DNA of 64,000 bases from Peptoniphilaceae bacterium (GTDB lineage Bacteria > Bacillota > Clostridia > Tissierellales > Peptoniphilaceae). The notes under the pieces are model-generated. The model ran no database searches. It was not told where the DNA came from and saw only the letters and a program-made list of their open reading frames with translations. Below, piece by piece: positions 19,097-29,616 of the stretch (position 1 is its first letter; every line of letters begins with the position of its first letter). The position numbers and the translations under genes are program-made. The stretch covers positions 9,609 through 73,608 of the forward strand of contig JAQYPV010000021.1 in NCBI GenBank assembly GCA_028726605.1. Reading direction: 5' to 3'.

Positions 19097-20132
19097 AAAG
19101 TCACAATCTGAAGCCTACAAAGCTGCCGGGGTGGACATCACGGCCGGCTATCGCGCCGTGGAGCTCATCAAAAAGGACATCGCCCGCACGACGACGCCGG
19201 GCGTGTTGTCGGATCTGGGCGGTTTCGGCGGCCTCTTCAAGCCCGACATCAGCGGCATGAAGGAGCCCGTGCTCGTGAGTGGGACGGATGGCGTGGGCAC
19301 CAAACTCAAGTACGCCTTCACCTTGGATAAGCACGACACCATCGGCATCGACTGCGTGGCGATGTGCGTCAACGACATCCTCTGCGTGGGCGCCCAACCG
19401 CTCTTTTTCTTGGACTACATCGCCTGTGGGAAGAACGACCCCGAGCGCATTGCCCAAATCGTAAAGGGCGTGGCCGACGGCTGCGAGCAGTCCGGCATGG
19501 CGCTCATCGGCGGAGAAACCGCGGAAATGCCGGGTTTCTACCGAGAAGACGAGTACGACCTCGCCGGCTTTGCCGTGGGCATTGTGGACCGCGAAAAGAT
19601 GCTCGACGTGAAAAACGTCAAGCCCGGCGACCGCGTGATTGCGCTGCCGTCCTCCGGACTGCATTCGAACGGATTCTCTCTCGTGCGAAAGATTCTGGAC
19701 GCCAACGAGTACACGGACTACGACACGCGCTACCAGGTGCTGGACGGCAAGAATCTGGGCGAGGCGCTCTTGGAGCCGACGCGTATCTACGTCAAACCCG
19801 TACTCGCCCTCTTGGAGGATGTGCGCGTGAAGAGCATAGCGCACATCACGGGCGGCGGTTTCTTTGAGAACATCCCGCGCGCGTTGCCGGAGGGGTTGGG
19901 CGTCGCCATCAACAAGAGCGCACTGCGCCAGCCCTTCCTCTTCAAGTACATCCAGGAAGCGGGCAAGATCACCACACACGACATGTACAACACCTTCAAC
20001 ATGGGCGTGGGCATGATCCTCATCGTCTCCCCGAACGAGCTGGGCAAGGCGCTGGAGATCTTGCAGGCAGAGGGCGAAGACGCCTTCCTCTTGGGCGAAG
20101 TGGTCTCGTCGCCGGAAGCGGTGATCTTCTGA
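19083..20132 (+). CDS. purM: AIR synthetase
   Basis: YKAAGVD, GTDGVGTK, GGETAEMPG and HSNGFSL motifs. Confidence 0.97.
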   Translation: MTPNKKSQSEAYKAAGVDITAGYRAVELIKKDIARTTTPGVLSDLGGFGGLFKPDISGMKEPVLVSGTDGVGTKLKYAFTLDKHDTIGIDCVAMCVNDILCVGAQPLFFLDYIACGKNDPERIAQIVKGVADGCEQSGMALIGGETAEMPGFYREDEYDLAGFAVGIVDREKMLDVKNVKPGDRVIALPSSGLHSNGFSLVRKILDANEYTDYDTRYQVLDGKNLGEALLEPTRIYVKPVLALLEDVRVKSIAHITGGGFFENIPRALPEGLGVAINKSALRQPFLFKYIQEAGKITTHDMYNTFNMGVGMILIVSPNELGKALEILQAEGEDAFLLGEVVSSPEAVIF

Positions 20133-21592
20133 TGGGCGCGCAACGCGTCCCCGTCGCCGTCTTCGTCTCGGGCGGCGGCACCAATTTGCAGGCGCTGATC
20201 GACGCACAGACGCGTGGCGCGCTAACGCCCGCTGAGATCGTGCTCGTGGTGTCGGATCGCGCCGATGCCTATGCTTTAGCGCGCGCTCAAAAAGCCGGCA
20301 TCCCCACGCTGACCGCGACGTCCCAAGACGCCCGCGGCGACGCCTGGGACACGCGAGTGCTCGACGCGCTCCGAGACGCCCAGGTGGAACTCATCGTGCT
20401 CGCCGGCTTCTTGCGAGTGCTCTCGCATCGCTTCGTCGACGCCTATCCGAGCCGCATCTTGAACATTCACCCGGCGCTGCTCCCCGCCTTCGGCGGACGG
20501 GGCTACTACGGCCTGCACGTGCATGAGGCGGTCCTCGCCCACGGCGTGCAGGTGACCGGGGCCACTGTCCACATCGTCAACGAAGAGCCGGACGGCGGAC
20601 CCATCGTGGCGCAAAAGGGCGTGCGGGTTCTCCCGGACGACACGCCGGAAGTCTTGCAGCGTCGCGTCATGGAAGAAGCGGAGTGGGTGCTCTTGCCGCT
20701 CGTGACAGCGACGATGGCGCGACGCATCGCCGACGGGGTGACGGGCGAGGCGCTCCAAAAGCCCCTGGATCCCGCCTGCCGCGTCCTGTCCTTGGATCTG
20801 CCCGAAGCGATGGATGAAGCACTTTCGACCCTTCCGGTCCAAGACATCACACCCGCGCAGTCCGGCACACAAGTGGGCGATGCCGTCCCCCTGTGGAACC
20901 TCGTCACAGGCAACCCCTATCCCGGGCGCGGCATTGCGCTCGCCCATGGCCCACACGGGGAGACGCTCGTGGCATACTTCATCATGGGGCGCAGCGCGAA
21001 CAGTCGCAACCGCGTGTTCCGCCTCGCGGGCGACGACCTCTACACCGAAGCGCACGACCCCGCGCTCGTGGAAGACCCGTCCCTCATCATCTACCGCGCG
21101 CTCTCGCATCCCACCGTGGACGGCGAGCGCGTGACCGTGGTCACCAACGGCGACCAGACGGACACCATTCTGGACGGACTTTCACAAGGGCTCTCGTTTG
21201 ACGACGCTTTGAAGACGCGGCGCTTTGAACCAGACGGACCCCATTTCACTCCGCGCATTTCCGGGCTCCTTCAGAAGGACGCCCTGAAGCTCTCCATCTG
21301 GAAAGCACTGGACGGCGCCGGCGAGAAAGCCGGCTACTTCTCTTTCGGGTACGAAGCCCAGCCCGGCATCGGCTACTTCATTTCGACCTACCAGACCGAT
21401 GACGCGGTGCTGCCCACGTTCAGCGGCGAGCCGCTTCGCTTTGCCTTCGACGGCGACGCCCATGCGTTCACGGAGCACCTCTGGGATGCGCTCGATGCCG
21501 AAAATCGCATCGCCCTCTACGTCGAGTCCACGGGACCTCAAGGTGAGATTCACGAATCCCGCAGCCGTTTTGCCGACGGGGCGGTTCTCTGA
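20132..21592 (+). CDS. purN: Fusion of GAR transformylase (PurN) and a PurO-like Ntn-fold IMP cyclohydrolase
   Basis: N-half SGGGTNLQA, NIHPALLP, GATVHIV..D.GPI; C-half YPGRGI, YFIMGRS..SRNR, VTNGDQTD, FEPD..FTPRISG. Confidence 0.88.
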   Translation: MGAQRVPVAVFVSGGGTNLQALIDAQTRGALTPAEIVLVVSDRADAYALARAQKAGIPTLTATSQDARGDAWDTRVLDALRDAQVELIVLAGFLRVLSHRFVDAYPSRILNIHPALLPAFGGRGYYGLHVHEAVLAHGVQVTGATVHIVNEEPDGGPIVAQKGVRVLPDDTPEVLQRRVMEEAEWVLLPLVTATMARRIADGVTGEALQKPLDPACRVLSLDLPEAMDEALSTLPVQDITPAQSGTQVGDAVPLWNLVTGNPYPGRGIALAHGPHGETLVAYFIMGRSANSRNRVFRLAGDDLYTEAHDPALVEDPSLIIYRALSHPTVDGERVTVVTNGDQTDTILDGLSQGLSFDDALKTRRFEPDGPHFTPRISGLLQKDALKLSIWKALDGAGEKAGYFSFGYEAQPGIGYFISTYQTDDAVLPTFSGEPLRFAFDGDAHAFTEHLWDALDAENRIALYVESTGPQGEIHESRSRFADGAVL

Positions 21593-21667
21593 CGTCGCTT
21601 TACAGGCGACGCCTTTTTCGTTACTCACGCGCTTTTTCGCTACTGTCGAATGAATAAGGAGCTTTGC

Positions 21668-23098
21668 ATGGACGAACACAATCGTTATGTTTCCCCGCTT
21701 TCCACGCGCTATGCGAGCGACGAGATGCAATTCCTCTTCTCGTCCAATCACAAGTTTCGCCTGTGGCGCGAACTGTGGATTGCCTTGGCCCGTGCCGAAA
21801 AGGAACTGGGCCTTCCCATCACCGACGCCCAGATTGCCGAGATGGAGGCCGTGAAAGACGACATCAACTACGACGTCGCCGAGGCACGGGAGCGCGAAGT
21901 GCGCCACGACGTCATGAGCCACGTCTACGCCTTTGGGCAGCAAGCGCCCCACGCGGCGCCCATCATCCACCTGGGCGCGACGAGCTGCTATGTGACGGAC
22001 AACACGGACCTCATCATCCTGCGCGAAGCCGCCGAGATCATCCTGCAGAAGGCCGCACAGGTGTTGGACAACCTCGCGCACTTCGCAGACCAATACAAAG
22101 ACGTGCCCGCCCTTGCCTACACGCATTTGCAGCCGGCGCAGCTCACCACGCTCGGCAAGCGGGCCACGCTCTGGATGAATGAACTCGTCATGGACATCGA
22201 ACACCTCCAGTTCGAGATCGACCACATCGCCCTGCGCGGCGCGAAGGGCACCACGGGTTCCCAGGCGAGTTTCCTCGATCTCTTCGATGGCGACGCCGAG
22301 AAGGTGCGTGCGCTGGACTTGAAAATCGCCGAAGCATTCGGCTTTTCGCGTCTCATTCCGGTCACCGGACAGACCTATTCGCGCAAGATCGACAGCGCCT
22401 TTTTAGCCGTGCTCTCGGGGATCGCCCAGAGCGCATCCAAGTTCGCCAACGACTTGCGCCTCTTGCAGTCCTTTGAAGAGATGGAAGAGCCGTTCCAGAA
22501 AGACCAGATCGGCTCGTCGGCCATGCCCTACAAGCGCAATCCCATGCGCGCGGAGCGCATCTGCGCGCTTTCCCGCTACGTCATGGTCGACGCCTTGAAT
22601 CCGGCGATGACGGCTTCCGTGCAGTGGATGGAGCGCACCTTGGACGACTCGGCCAACAAGCGCCTCGCCGTGGCAGAGGCGTTCCTCGCCACAGACGCCA
22701 TTTTGAACATCTACATGAACATCACCGAAGACCTCACCGTGTACGAAGAGGTCGTCCACCGTCGCGTCATGGCGAAGCTGCCCTTCATGGCCACGGAGAA
22801 CATCATGATGGAATCGGTGAAGCGCGGGGCAAACCGTCAGGAGATCCACGAGATCATCCGCGTCCACTCGCATGCAGCGGCCAAGGCGGTCAAAGAAGGG
22901 GCCGAAAACGACCTCATCGCCCGTTTGGCGAACGACCCGCGCATCCCGCTCTCGGAGGACGAAATTCGCTCCGAACTCGATCCGAAGCGCTACATCGGGT
23001 TGGCGCCACAGCAGGTCGAGGCGTTTCTCGCGGACGTGGCACGCCCGCTGATCGCCCAGACCCTCAAAGCACACGAAACGGCGACGCTGCGCGTTTAG
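21668..23098 (+). CDS. purB: Adenylosuccinate lyase
   Basis: RHDVMSH, HLGATS, THLQPAQ and GSSAMPYKRNP motifs. Confidence 0.97.
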   Translation: MDEHNRYVSPLSTRYASDEMQFLFSSNHKFRLWRELWIALARAEKELGLPITDAQIAEMEAVKDDINYDVAEAREREVRHDVMSHVYAFGQQAPHAAPIIHLGATSCYVTDNTDLIILREAAEIILQKAAQVLDNLAHFADQYKDVPALAYTHLQPAQLTTLGKRATLWMNELVMDIEHLQFEIDHIALRGAKGTTGSQASFLDLFDGDAEKVRALDLKIAEAFGFSRLIPVTGQTYSRKIDSAFLAVLSGIAQSASKFANDLRLLQSFEEMEEPFQKDQIGSSAMPYKRNPMRAERICALSRYVMVDALNPAMTASVQWMERTLDDSANKRLAVAEAFLATDAILNIYMNITEDLTVYEEVVHRRVMAKLPFMATENIMMESVKRGANRQEIHEIIRVHSHAAAKAVKEGAENDLIARLANDPRIPLSEDEIRSELDPKRYIGLAPQQVEAFLADVARPLIAQTLKAHETATLRV

Positions 23099-23107
23099 GA
23101 GGTTATT

Positions 23108-24292
23108 ATGGAAAAATTTGAATTAAAATACGGCACCAACCCCAATCAGAAGCCGGCCTACCTGGACCGCAGGGATGGGGCTGCGCTACCCTTTACCATC
23201 TTGAACGGCCGCCCCGGCTACATCAATTTTTTGGACGCCTTGAACTCCTGGCAGCTCGTGCGGGAGTTGGATCACGCCCTCCATCTGCCTGCGGCGGCGT
23301 CATTTAAGCACGTTTCGCCCACGTCTGCGGCGCTGGGGCTTCCCCTGCCAGAAGCCCTCAAAAAGGCCTCATTTGTCAATGACATCGAGGGCCTGGATGA
23401 TTCGCCGCTCGCCTGCGCCTACGCCCGCGCCCGCGGCACCGACCGCATGAGTTCCTTCGGGGACTGGGCGGCGCTCTCGCGCGAGGTGGACCTCACGACG
23501 GCCCGGATCTTGAAGCGAGAAGTCTCGGACGGTGTCATCGCGCCTTCGTATACGCCAGAAGCGCTGGAGCTTTTGAAAACCAAGAAAAACGGCAATTACA
23601 ACATCATCCAGATCGACCCCGCCTTTGAGCCGGACGAAGAAGAGTCCAAGGAAGTCTTCGGCGTGCGCTTTACGCAGAAGCGCAACGATGCACAGTTTAT
23701 GCCGGACGCGCTGGGTGACATCGTCACAAAGCGCACCGACCTCTCTGCCGAAGCGGCGCGGGACCTCGTGGTGGCGCTCTACACACTTAAGTACACGCAG
23801 TCCAATTCGGTGGCCTTTGCCACGGACGGTCAGGCCATCGGCGTGGGAGCAGGGCAGCAGTCGCGCATTCACTGCGTGCGCCTCGCCGGGGACAAAGCGG
23901 ACACGTGGCTCTTACGGCAGAGCGAGCGCGTGCTGAACCTCCCGTTCCAAGAGGGGCTGCCCCGTGCCATTCGGGACAACGCCATCGACCAGTTCCTGCA
24001 CGCCTATGAACAGGACGTGACGGCGGACGGCGTCTGGCAGACGCTCTTCACGGAGCCCGTCGCCCCCTTGCGTCCAGAAGAGCGCGAGGCGATCCTGAAG
24101 GCGTCCCGTCCGGTCGTCCTCGCGAGCGACGCCTTCTTCCCCTTCCCGGACAACATCCAGCGCGCCGCGCAGAGCGGCGTCGTCGCCATCGCGCAGCCGG
24201 GAGGCTCCACGCGAGATGCGCAGGTCATCCAAGCGGCCGACGACTTCGGCATGGTCATGGTCTTCACGCATCAGCGTCTGTTCCACCATTAA
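23108..24292 (+). CDS. purH: AICAR transformylase, monofunctional (PurH without the IMP cyclohydrolase domain)
   Basis: Starts directly at LKYGTNPNQ; SFKHVSP, GAGQQSRIHC, SDAFFPF, QPGGS..D and RLFHH motifs; 394 aa. Confidence 0.9.
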   Translation: MEKFELKYGTNPNQKPAYLDRRDGAALPFTILNGRPGYINFLDALNSWQLVRELDHALHLPAAASFKHVSPTSAALGLPLPEALKKASFVNDIEGLDDSPLACAYARARGTDRMSSFGDWAALSREVDLTTARILKREVSDGVIAPSYTPEALELLKTKKNGNYNIIQIDPAFEPDEEESKEVFGVRFTQKRNDAQFMPDALGDIVTKRTDLSAEAARDLVVALYTLKYTQSNSVAFATDGQAIGVGAGQQSRIHCVRLAGDKADTWLLRQSERVLNLPFQEGLPRAIRDNAIDQFLHAYEQDVTADGVWQTLFTEPVAPLRPEEREAILKASRPVVLASDAFFPFPDNIQRAAQSGVVAIAQPGGSTRDAQVIQAADDFGMVMVFTHQRLFHH

Positions 24293-24313
24293 CTCGCTTC
24301 GGGAGGAAGTCAT

Positions 24314-25609
24314 ATGAATCTTTTGGTCATTGGCGGCGGCGGGCGCGAACACGCCATCGTCCGCGCCATTCGCAAAAATCCGAATGTGGATCGCGTCTTC
24401 TGCATTCCGGGTAACGACGGCATGCCGGAGGCCACGCCGTTTCCCATCGACGTCATGGACACCCAGCGGCAGATCACCTTTGCGCAAACCGAGCACGTGG
24501 ACTTCGTCATCGTGAGTCCCGATGACCCGCTGGTCGCGGGCGCGGCGGATGCCTTTCGCGATGCCGGCTTTCAGACCTTCGGCCCGTCTAAACAGGCGGC
24601 GCAGCTGGAGGGCTCGAAGGCCTTCGCCAAGGCGTTCATGCAGCGCCACCACATTCCGACGGCGGCCTACGAGGTGTTCGACGATGCCCAGGCCGCATAC
24701 GCCTACGTGGAAGACGAGGCCCGCGCGGGGCATTTGCCCCTCGTGGTGAAGGCCGACGGGCTCGCGCTGGGCAAAGGCGTCACCATCGCCGAGACGCTGG
24801 AAGAGGCGAAGGAAGCGATTCACCGCCTCATGGAAGAAGGACAATTCGGCGACAGCGGCCGCGAGGTCGTCATCGAGGAGTTTTTGGAGGGCCCGGAGGT
24901 CACGGTGCTCTCCCTCACGGACGGCCACACCGTGGTGCCGCTCCTCTCGTCGATGGATCACAAGCGCGCCTACGACGGAGACGAGGGCCCGAACACGGGC
25001 GGCATGGGGGTCATCGCGCCGAATCCGTATTACACGGATGAGATCGCTGCAAGGTGCATGGAAGAGATCTTCACGCCGACGCTTAACGGCATGGCGGAGG
25101 AAGGCGCGCCGTTTACGGGCTGTCTCTACTTCGGGCTGATGCTCACCCAAGACGGCCCGAAGGTCATCGAGTACAACTGCCGCTTCGGCGATCCGGAGGC
25201 GCAGGCGGTCTTGGCGCTTCTGGAGAGCGATCTCTTAACGGCCCTGCAGGCCACGACGGACGGCACGCTATCGCCGGAGATGGTGCGCTTTGCCGACGGC
25301 GCGTCCTGCTGCGTGATCTTGGCCTCGGACGGCTATCCGCTGCACTACGAAAAGAATCTGGAAATCACCATCCCGCGCGACGTGGCAGACAAGGTCTACG
25401 CGGCCGGCATCCGCAAAAAGGGCTCCACACTCTACACCAACGGCGGACGCGTGGTGGGCGTGGTGGAGACGGCGCCCACGCTCGAAGAGGCCATCAACGC
25501 CGCCTACCAGACGGCCGCGCGCGTGACGTTTGCGAACAAGGTGTTTCGCCGGGACATCGGCCAAAGAGCCCTCCGCGTCTTGCGCGCGGGCAAAGGAGGA
25601 AAAGCATGA
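24314..25609 (+). CDS. purD: GAR synthetase
   Basis: GGGGREHA, KADGLALGKGV, GPNTGGMG and EYNCRFGDPE motifs. Confidence 0.97.
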   Translation: MNLLVIGGGGREHAIVRAIRKNPNVDRVFCIPGNDGMPEATPFPIDVMDTQRQITFAQTEHVDFVIVSPDDPLVAGAADAFRDAGFQTFGPSKQAAQLEGSKAFAKAFMQRHHIPTAAYEVFDDAQAAYAYVEDEARAGHLPLVVKADGLALGKGVTIAETLEEAKEAIHRLMEEGQFGDSGREVVIEEFLEGPEVTVLSLTDGHTVVPLLSSMDHKRAYDGDEGPNTGGMGVIAPNPYYTDEIAARCMEEIFTPTLNGMAEEGAPFTGCLYFGLMLTQDGPKVIEYNCRFGDPEAQAVLALLESDLLTALQATTDGTLSPEMVRFADGASCCVILASDGYPLHYEKNLEITIPRDVADKVYAAGIRKKGSTLYTNGGRVVGVVETAPTLEEAINAAYQTAARVTFANKVFRRDIGQRALRVLRAGKGGKA

Positions 25610-28600
25610 TTCGTCGCATCTATGTGGAAAAACGGCCGCCGCACAACGGCGAGGCGCTGGCGCTCTTGGAGGATGTGCATCACTTCTTAGAGATCCCGGG
25701 CGCCACGGGCGTGCGCATTCTGCATCGCTACGATGTGGAGAATGTGGACGAGGACACCTATGCGCGCGCCGTAGAGACGGTCTTTTCGGATCCCAATGTG
25801 GATCAGATCGTGGAAGACGTCCCCGCCGCGGATCTCGTCATTGGCGTCGAGATGCTGCCCGGTCAGTTTGACCAGCGTGCGGATTCTGCGGCGCTGTGTC
25901 TGCGCCTCATCGCGCCCGTGGAGGACGTGCGCGTGGCGTCGGCCACGATCTACGCCTTCACCGGCACGTTTACGGACGAGGAGGCGGAGCGCCTTCGCGA
26001 GCATCTCATCAACCCTGTGGAAGCGCGGGAGGCGCGGGGCGATGTGCCGCAATCTCTGGCGTGGACGCTCACCACGCTGAAGGCCGTGCCGTCGGTGGAC
26101 GGCTTCATCGAGGCCGCGGACGACGCGCTTGAGGCGCTGCGGGAGGACTGGGGGCTGGCGATGGATCTGGACGATCTGCGCTTCTGCCAGGACTACTTCC
26201 GCAGCGAGAAGCGCAACCCCACCGAGACGGAAATTCGCATGATCGACACGTATTGGTCGGATCACTGCCGTCACACCACGTTTCAGACCATCATCGACGA
26301 TGTGCACTTTGAGGATCCCCTCCTGCAACAGTCCTATGAGCACTACTTGGCGCTGCGCGAGGAGACGGGCGATCACAAGCCCATCTGTCTCATGGACATC
26401 GCCCTCATCGGGGCGCGGTCGCTCAGGCAGCGTGGCCTCCTCCAAAACGAAGACAAATCGGAGGAGATCAACGCCTGCACGGTGAAGATTGACGTCCACG
26501 TGGACGGGCGGACGGAGCCGTGGCTCTTGCTCTTCAAAAACGAGACGCACAACCATCCGACGGAAATTGAGCCGTTTGGCGGGGCGTCCACGTGCATCGG
26601 CGGGGCCATCCGCGATCCTCTGGCGGGGCGGGCCTACGTCTATGCGGCCATGCGCGTGACGGGCGCGGCGGATCCGCGCACGCCCATGGCGAAGACGCTC
26701 CCCGGCAAATTGCCGCAACGCAAGATCACCGTGGATGCAGCGCAGGGCTATGCCTCCTACGGCAACCAAATTGGTCTGGCGACGGGGATCGTCCACGAGG
26801 TGTACCATCCGGCGTATGCGGCGAAGCGCATGGAGATTGGCGCGGTCGTCGCGGCGGTGCCAGAGGATCAGGTGCAGCGTGAGACGCCGGCGGCGGGCGA
26901 TGTGGTCGTCTTGCTGGGCGGCCGTACCGGGCGCGACGGCATCGGCGGGGCGACGGGGTCGTCCAAGGCGCACACGCTCCACTCGGTGGAAACGGCAGGC
27001 GCGGAAGTGCAAAAAGGCAACGCGCCGGAAGAGCGCAAATTGCAGCGCTTCTTCCGCAATCCGAAGGCGTCGCGCATGATCAAGCGCATGAACGACTTCG
27101 GGGCGGGCGGCGTGTCGGTCGCCATCGGGGAGCTGGCGGACGGCATTCGCGTCGATCTGGACCGGGTGCCCAAGAAGTACGCGGGCTTGAGCGGGACGGA
27201 GCTTGCGATCAGCGAATCGCAGGAGCGCATGGCGGCCGTCATCGCGGCGAATGACGTGGACGCCTTCTTGGCCATGGCGGCGGAGGAAAACCTCGAGGCG
27301 ACATTCGTGGCGCGCATTCAGGAGGATCCGCGTCTGGTGATGACGTGGCAGGGACAGACGATTGTGGACGTGTCGCGTGAGTTCTTGAATTCGAATGGCG
27401 CGGAAAAGCACATTTCGATTGACGCCGCGCCGGCGCTGTGGACGGCGGCGGATCTGGAGGCTTCGTCCACGGATCTGAACACGCTGGTGGTCGACTTCGC
27501 TACGGATCTGCGTCACGCGGATCAGCACGGCCTCGTGGATCGCTTCGATTCGACCATTGGGGCGGGAAGCGTCCTCATGCCGTACGGTGGCGCGTACCAC
27601 GCGACGCCCATTCAGGCCATGGTGCACTTGGTGGCGCGCCTCGAAGGCCATACGGATACGGCGTCGTACATGTCGTTTGCGTATCTGCCGGAGATCGCCG
27701 AAAAAAGTCCGTATCACGGCGCGTATCTCGCGGTGGTCGAGTCGCTCGCCAAACTCTTGGCGACGGGGGCGTCGCGGGAGAACACCTATTTGACGTTCCA
27801 GGAGTACTTCGCGCGGCCGGATGACGTGCCGTCGCGGTGGAGCCAGCCGCTTTCGTCTCTGCTGGGCGCGCTGGACGCACAGCTCGCGATGGGCGTAGGG
27901 GCCATCGGCGGCAAGGATTCGATGTCGGGCACGTTCGAGCAGATGGATGTCCCGCCGACGCTGGTGTCCTTTGCCATCACGTCGGATTCGGCGACGCGGG
28001 TGCTTTCGCCGGAGTGGAAGTCGCCGCAGGCGACGCTGTCCTTGCTCGCTCCTCAAGAAGACGCCGCTTCCGGGCTGCCCTCGACTGATTCGCTGCACGC
28101 GTTGTTCGATGCGGTTGCCGCGCTTTCGCAGCGAGAGGATGTGGAGAGCATCGTGGCGCTGGGGGCAGACGGCCTCTTGGGCGCGCTCTTGGACGCCGCG
28201 GCTGGAAACCGCATCGGTGCATGTCTCGAAGCGGACGTGGACGCGGCGCTGCTCACGCATCCATTCGTCGGCGGCTTCCTCGTGGCGTCGAAAGCGCCGG
28301 TGGAGGACGACGCTCACTACATCGCGCGTGTCATTGGCGAGACGACGGAGGCGTACACGCTCGTGCAAGGCGAGGTGTCCATCGACTTAAAAGAGATCGA
28401 GGCGTTGCGTCGGGCGACGCTTGAGGACATCTTCCCGACGGAGCCGGATGAAGAGCCGGCGCCGCTGACACCGGAAGCGCTGGATGCGGTATCGCTCGCC
28501 GCTACCGCGGCAGAAGCGAAAACGGCGGCCCCGCTTGACGCCAGTCCGGTGGGTTCAACTCGTTCGGTTGGCCGTTTCGACGTCCGCGGTGACGAAGGCG

Positions 28601-29454
28601 GCGTACAAAGTGGCGCGGAACGTGCCGCAACGTCGTCCTTTGCGGCGGATCAGCCGCGTGTCGTCATCCCGGTCTTCCCCGGCACGAACTGCGAAGTGGA
28701 TTCGGCGCGTTACGTGGCGGATGCCGGCCTCGTACCGGACATTCAGATCATCCGTAACCAGACGGCGGAAGACATCGCCCGTAGCGTGGACGCCATGGCG
28801 GATGCCATCGCCCGGGCGCAGGTTCTGTTTTTGCCTGGTGGCTTCTCTGGCGGCGATGAGCCGGAGGGTAGCGCCAAGCTCATCAACGCCTTCTTCCGCA
28901 ACGAAAAGCTCCACGAGGCGGTCATGGATCTCATGGATCAGCGTGGCGGCCTCATCCTGGGCATTTGCAACGGCTTCCAGGCGCTCGTGAAATTGGGGCT
29001 TCTGCCCTATGGCAAAATCGTCGCCCCCAGTGAAGCCCGCGTCTCGCTGACGTACAACACCATCGGCCGGCACCAGTCGCAGATGGTGCGGACGCGTCTG
29101 GTCTCGACGGCATCGCCGTGGCTTGCGCATCGCAAGCCCGGAGACATGCTCTACGTGCCCATCTCCCACGGCGAGGGTCGCATCGATATGCCCGAAGAAC
29201 TGCTCGGCAATCTGTTCAAGAACGGCCAAGTGGCGTCGCAATACGTCGATGCCACAGGTGCGCCGTCCATGGCCATCGCCGACAATCCGAACGGATCCAT
29301 GGGCGCCATCGAAGGCCTCCTCTCTCCCGACGGCCACATCTTCGGCAAGATGGGACACAGCGAGCGCGTCGGCCAGTACCTGTACCAGAACCTGCCTCCC
29401 GTCGAAGACCTCGAACTCTTCAAGGCCGCGCGCGCCTTCCTCACGCGGGTGTGA
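25606..29454 (+). CDS. purL: Phosphoribosylformylglycinamidine synthase (large single-chain form)
   Basis: WSDHCRH, ETHNHPT, FPGTNCE, GICNGFQ, SHGEG and MGHSER motifs. Confidence 0.97.
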   Translation: MIRRIYVEKRPPHNGEALALLEDVHHFLEIPGATGVRILHRYDVENVDEDTYARAVETVFSDPNVDQIVEDVPAADLVIGVEMLPGQFDQRADSAALCLRLIAPVEDVRVASATIYAFTGTFTDEEAERLREHLINPVEAREARGDVPQSLAWTLTTLKAVPSVDGFIEAADDALEALREDWGLAMDLDDLRFCQDYFRSEKRNPTETEIRMIDTYWSDHCRHTTFQTIIDDVHFEDPLLQQSYEHYLALREETGDHKPICLMDIALIGARSLRQRGLLQNEDKSEEINACTVKIDVHVDGRTEPWLLLFKNETHNHPTEIEPFGGASTCIGGAIRDPLAGRAYVYAAMRVTGAADPRTPMAKTLPGKLPQRKITVDAAQGYASYGNQIGLATGIVHEVYHPAYAAKRMEIGAVVAAVPEDQVQRETPAAGDVVVLLGGRTGRDGIGGATGSSKAHTLHSVETAGAEVQKGNAPEERKLQRFFRNPKASRMIKRMNDFGAGGVSVAIGELADGIRVDLDRVPKKYAGLSGTELAISESQERMAAVIAANDVDAFLAMAAEENLEATFVARIQEDPRLVMTWQGQTIVDVSREFLNSNGAEKHISIDAAPALWTAADLEASSTDLNTLVVDFATDLRHADQHGLVDRFDSTIGAGSVLMPYGGAYHATPIQAMVHLVARLEGHTDTASYMSFAYLPEIAEKSPYHGAYLAVVESLAKLLATGASRENTYLTFQEYFARPDDVPSRWSQPLSSLLGALDAQLAMGVGAIGGKDSMSGTFEQMDVPPTLVSFAITSDSATRVLSPEWKSPQATLSLLAPQEDAASGLPSTDSLHALFDAVAALSQREDVESIVALGADGLLGALLDAAAGNRIGACLEADVDAALLTHPFVGGFLVASKAPVEDDAHYIARVIGETTEAYTLVQGEVSIDLKEIEALRRATLEDIFPTEPDEEPAPLTPEALDAVSLAATAAEAKTAAPLDASPVGSTRSVGRFDVRGDEGGVQSGAERAATSSFAADQPRVVIPVFPGTNCEVDSARYVADAGLVPDIQIIRNQTAEDIARSVDAMADAIARAQVLFLPGGFSGGDEPEGSAKLINAFFRNEKLHEAVMDLMDQRGGLILGICNGFQALVKLGLLPYGKIVAPSEARVSLTYNTIGRHQSQMVRTRLVSTASPWLAHRKPGDMLYVPISHGEGRIDMPEELLGNLFKNGQVASQYVDATGAPSMAIADNPNGSMGAIEGLLSPDGHIFGKMGHSERVGQYLYQNLPPVEDLELFKAARAFLTRV

Positions 29455-29499
29455 CCCAGAGCGATCAGGCTACACCCTCCCGTGGCGACGCTGGGGACG

Positions 29500-29616
29500 C
29501 CGCGCCAAACATGGCGTATTCCCACATTGCACGATATGCCGTGTACAGGGATCCCGCGCCAAACATGGCGTATTCCCACTTTGCGCGATATGCCGTGTAC
29601 AGGGGCCCCACGCCAA
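29500..29616 (-). repeat. 54-bp tandem repeat x2 (family B; same half-sites as the 52.0-kb array, opposite orientation)
   Basis: AAACATGGC (29507, 29561) ..22 nt.. GCCGTGTAC (29538, 29592). Confidence 0.88.

Noticed and set aside
25687-28368. 893-aa minus-strand ORF
   Set aside because: Antisense shadow of purL with no motif support
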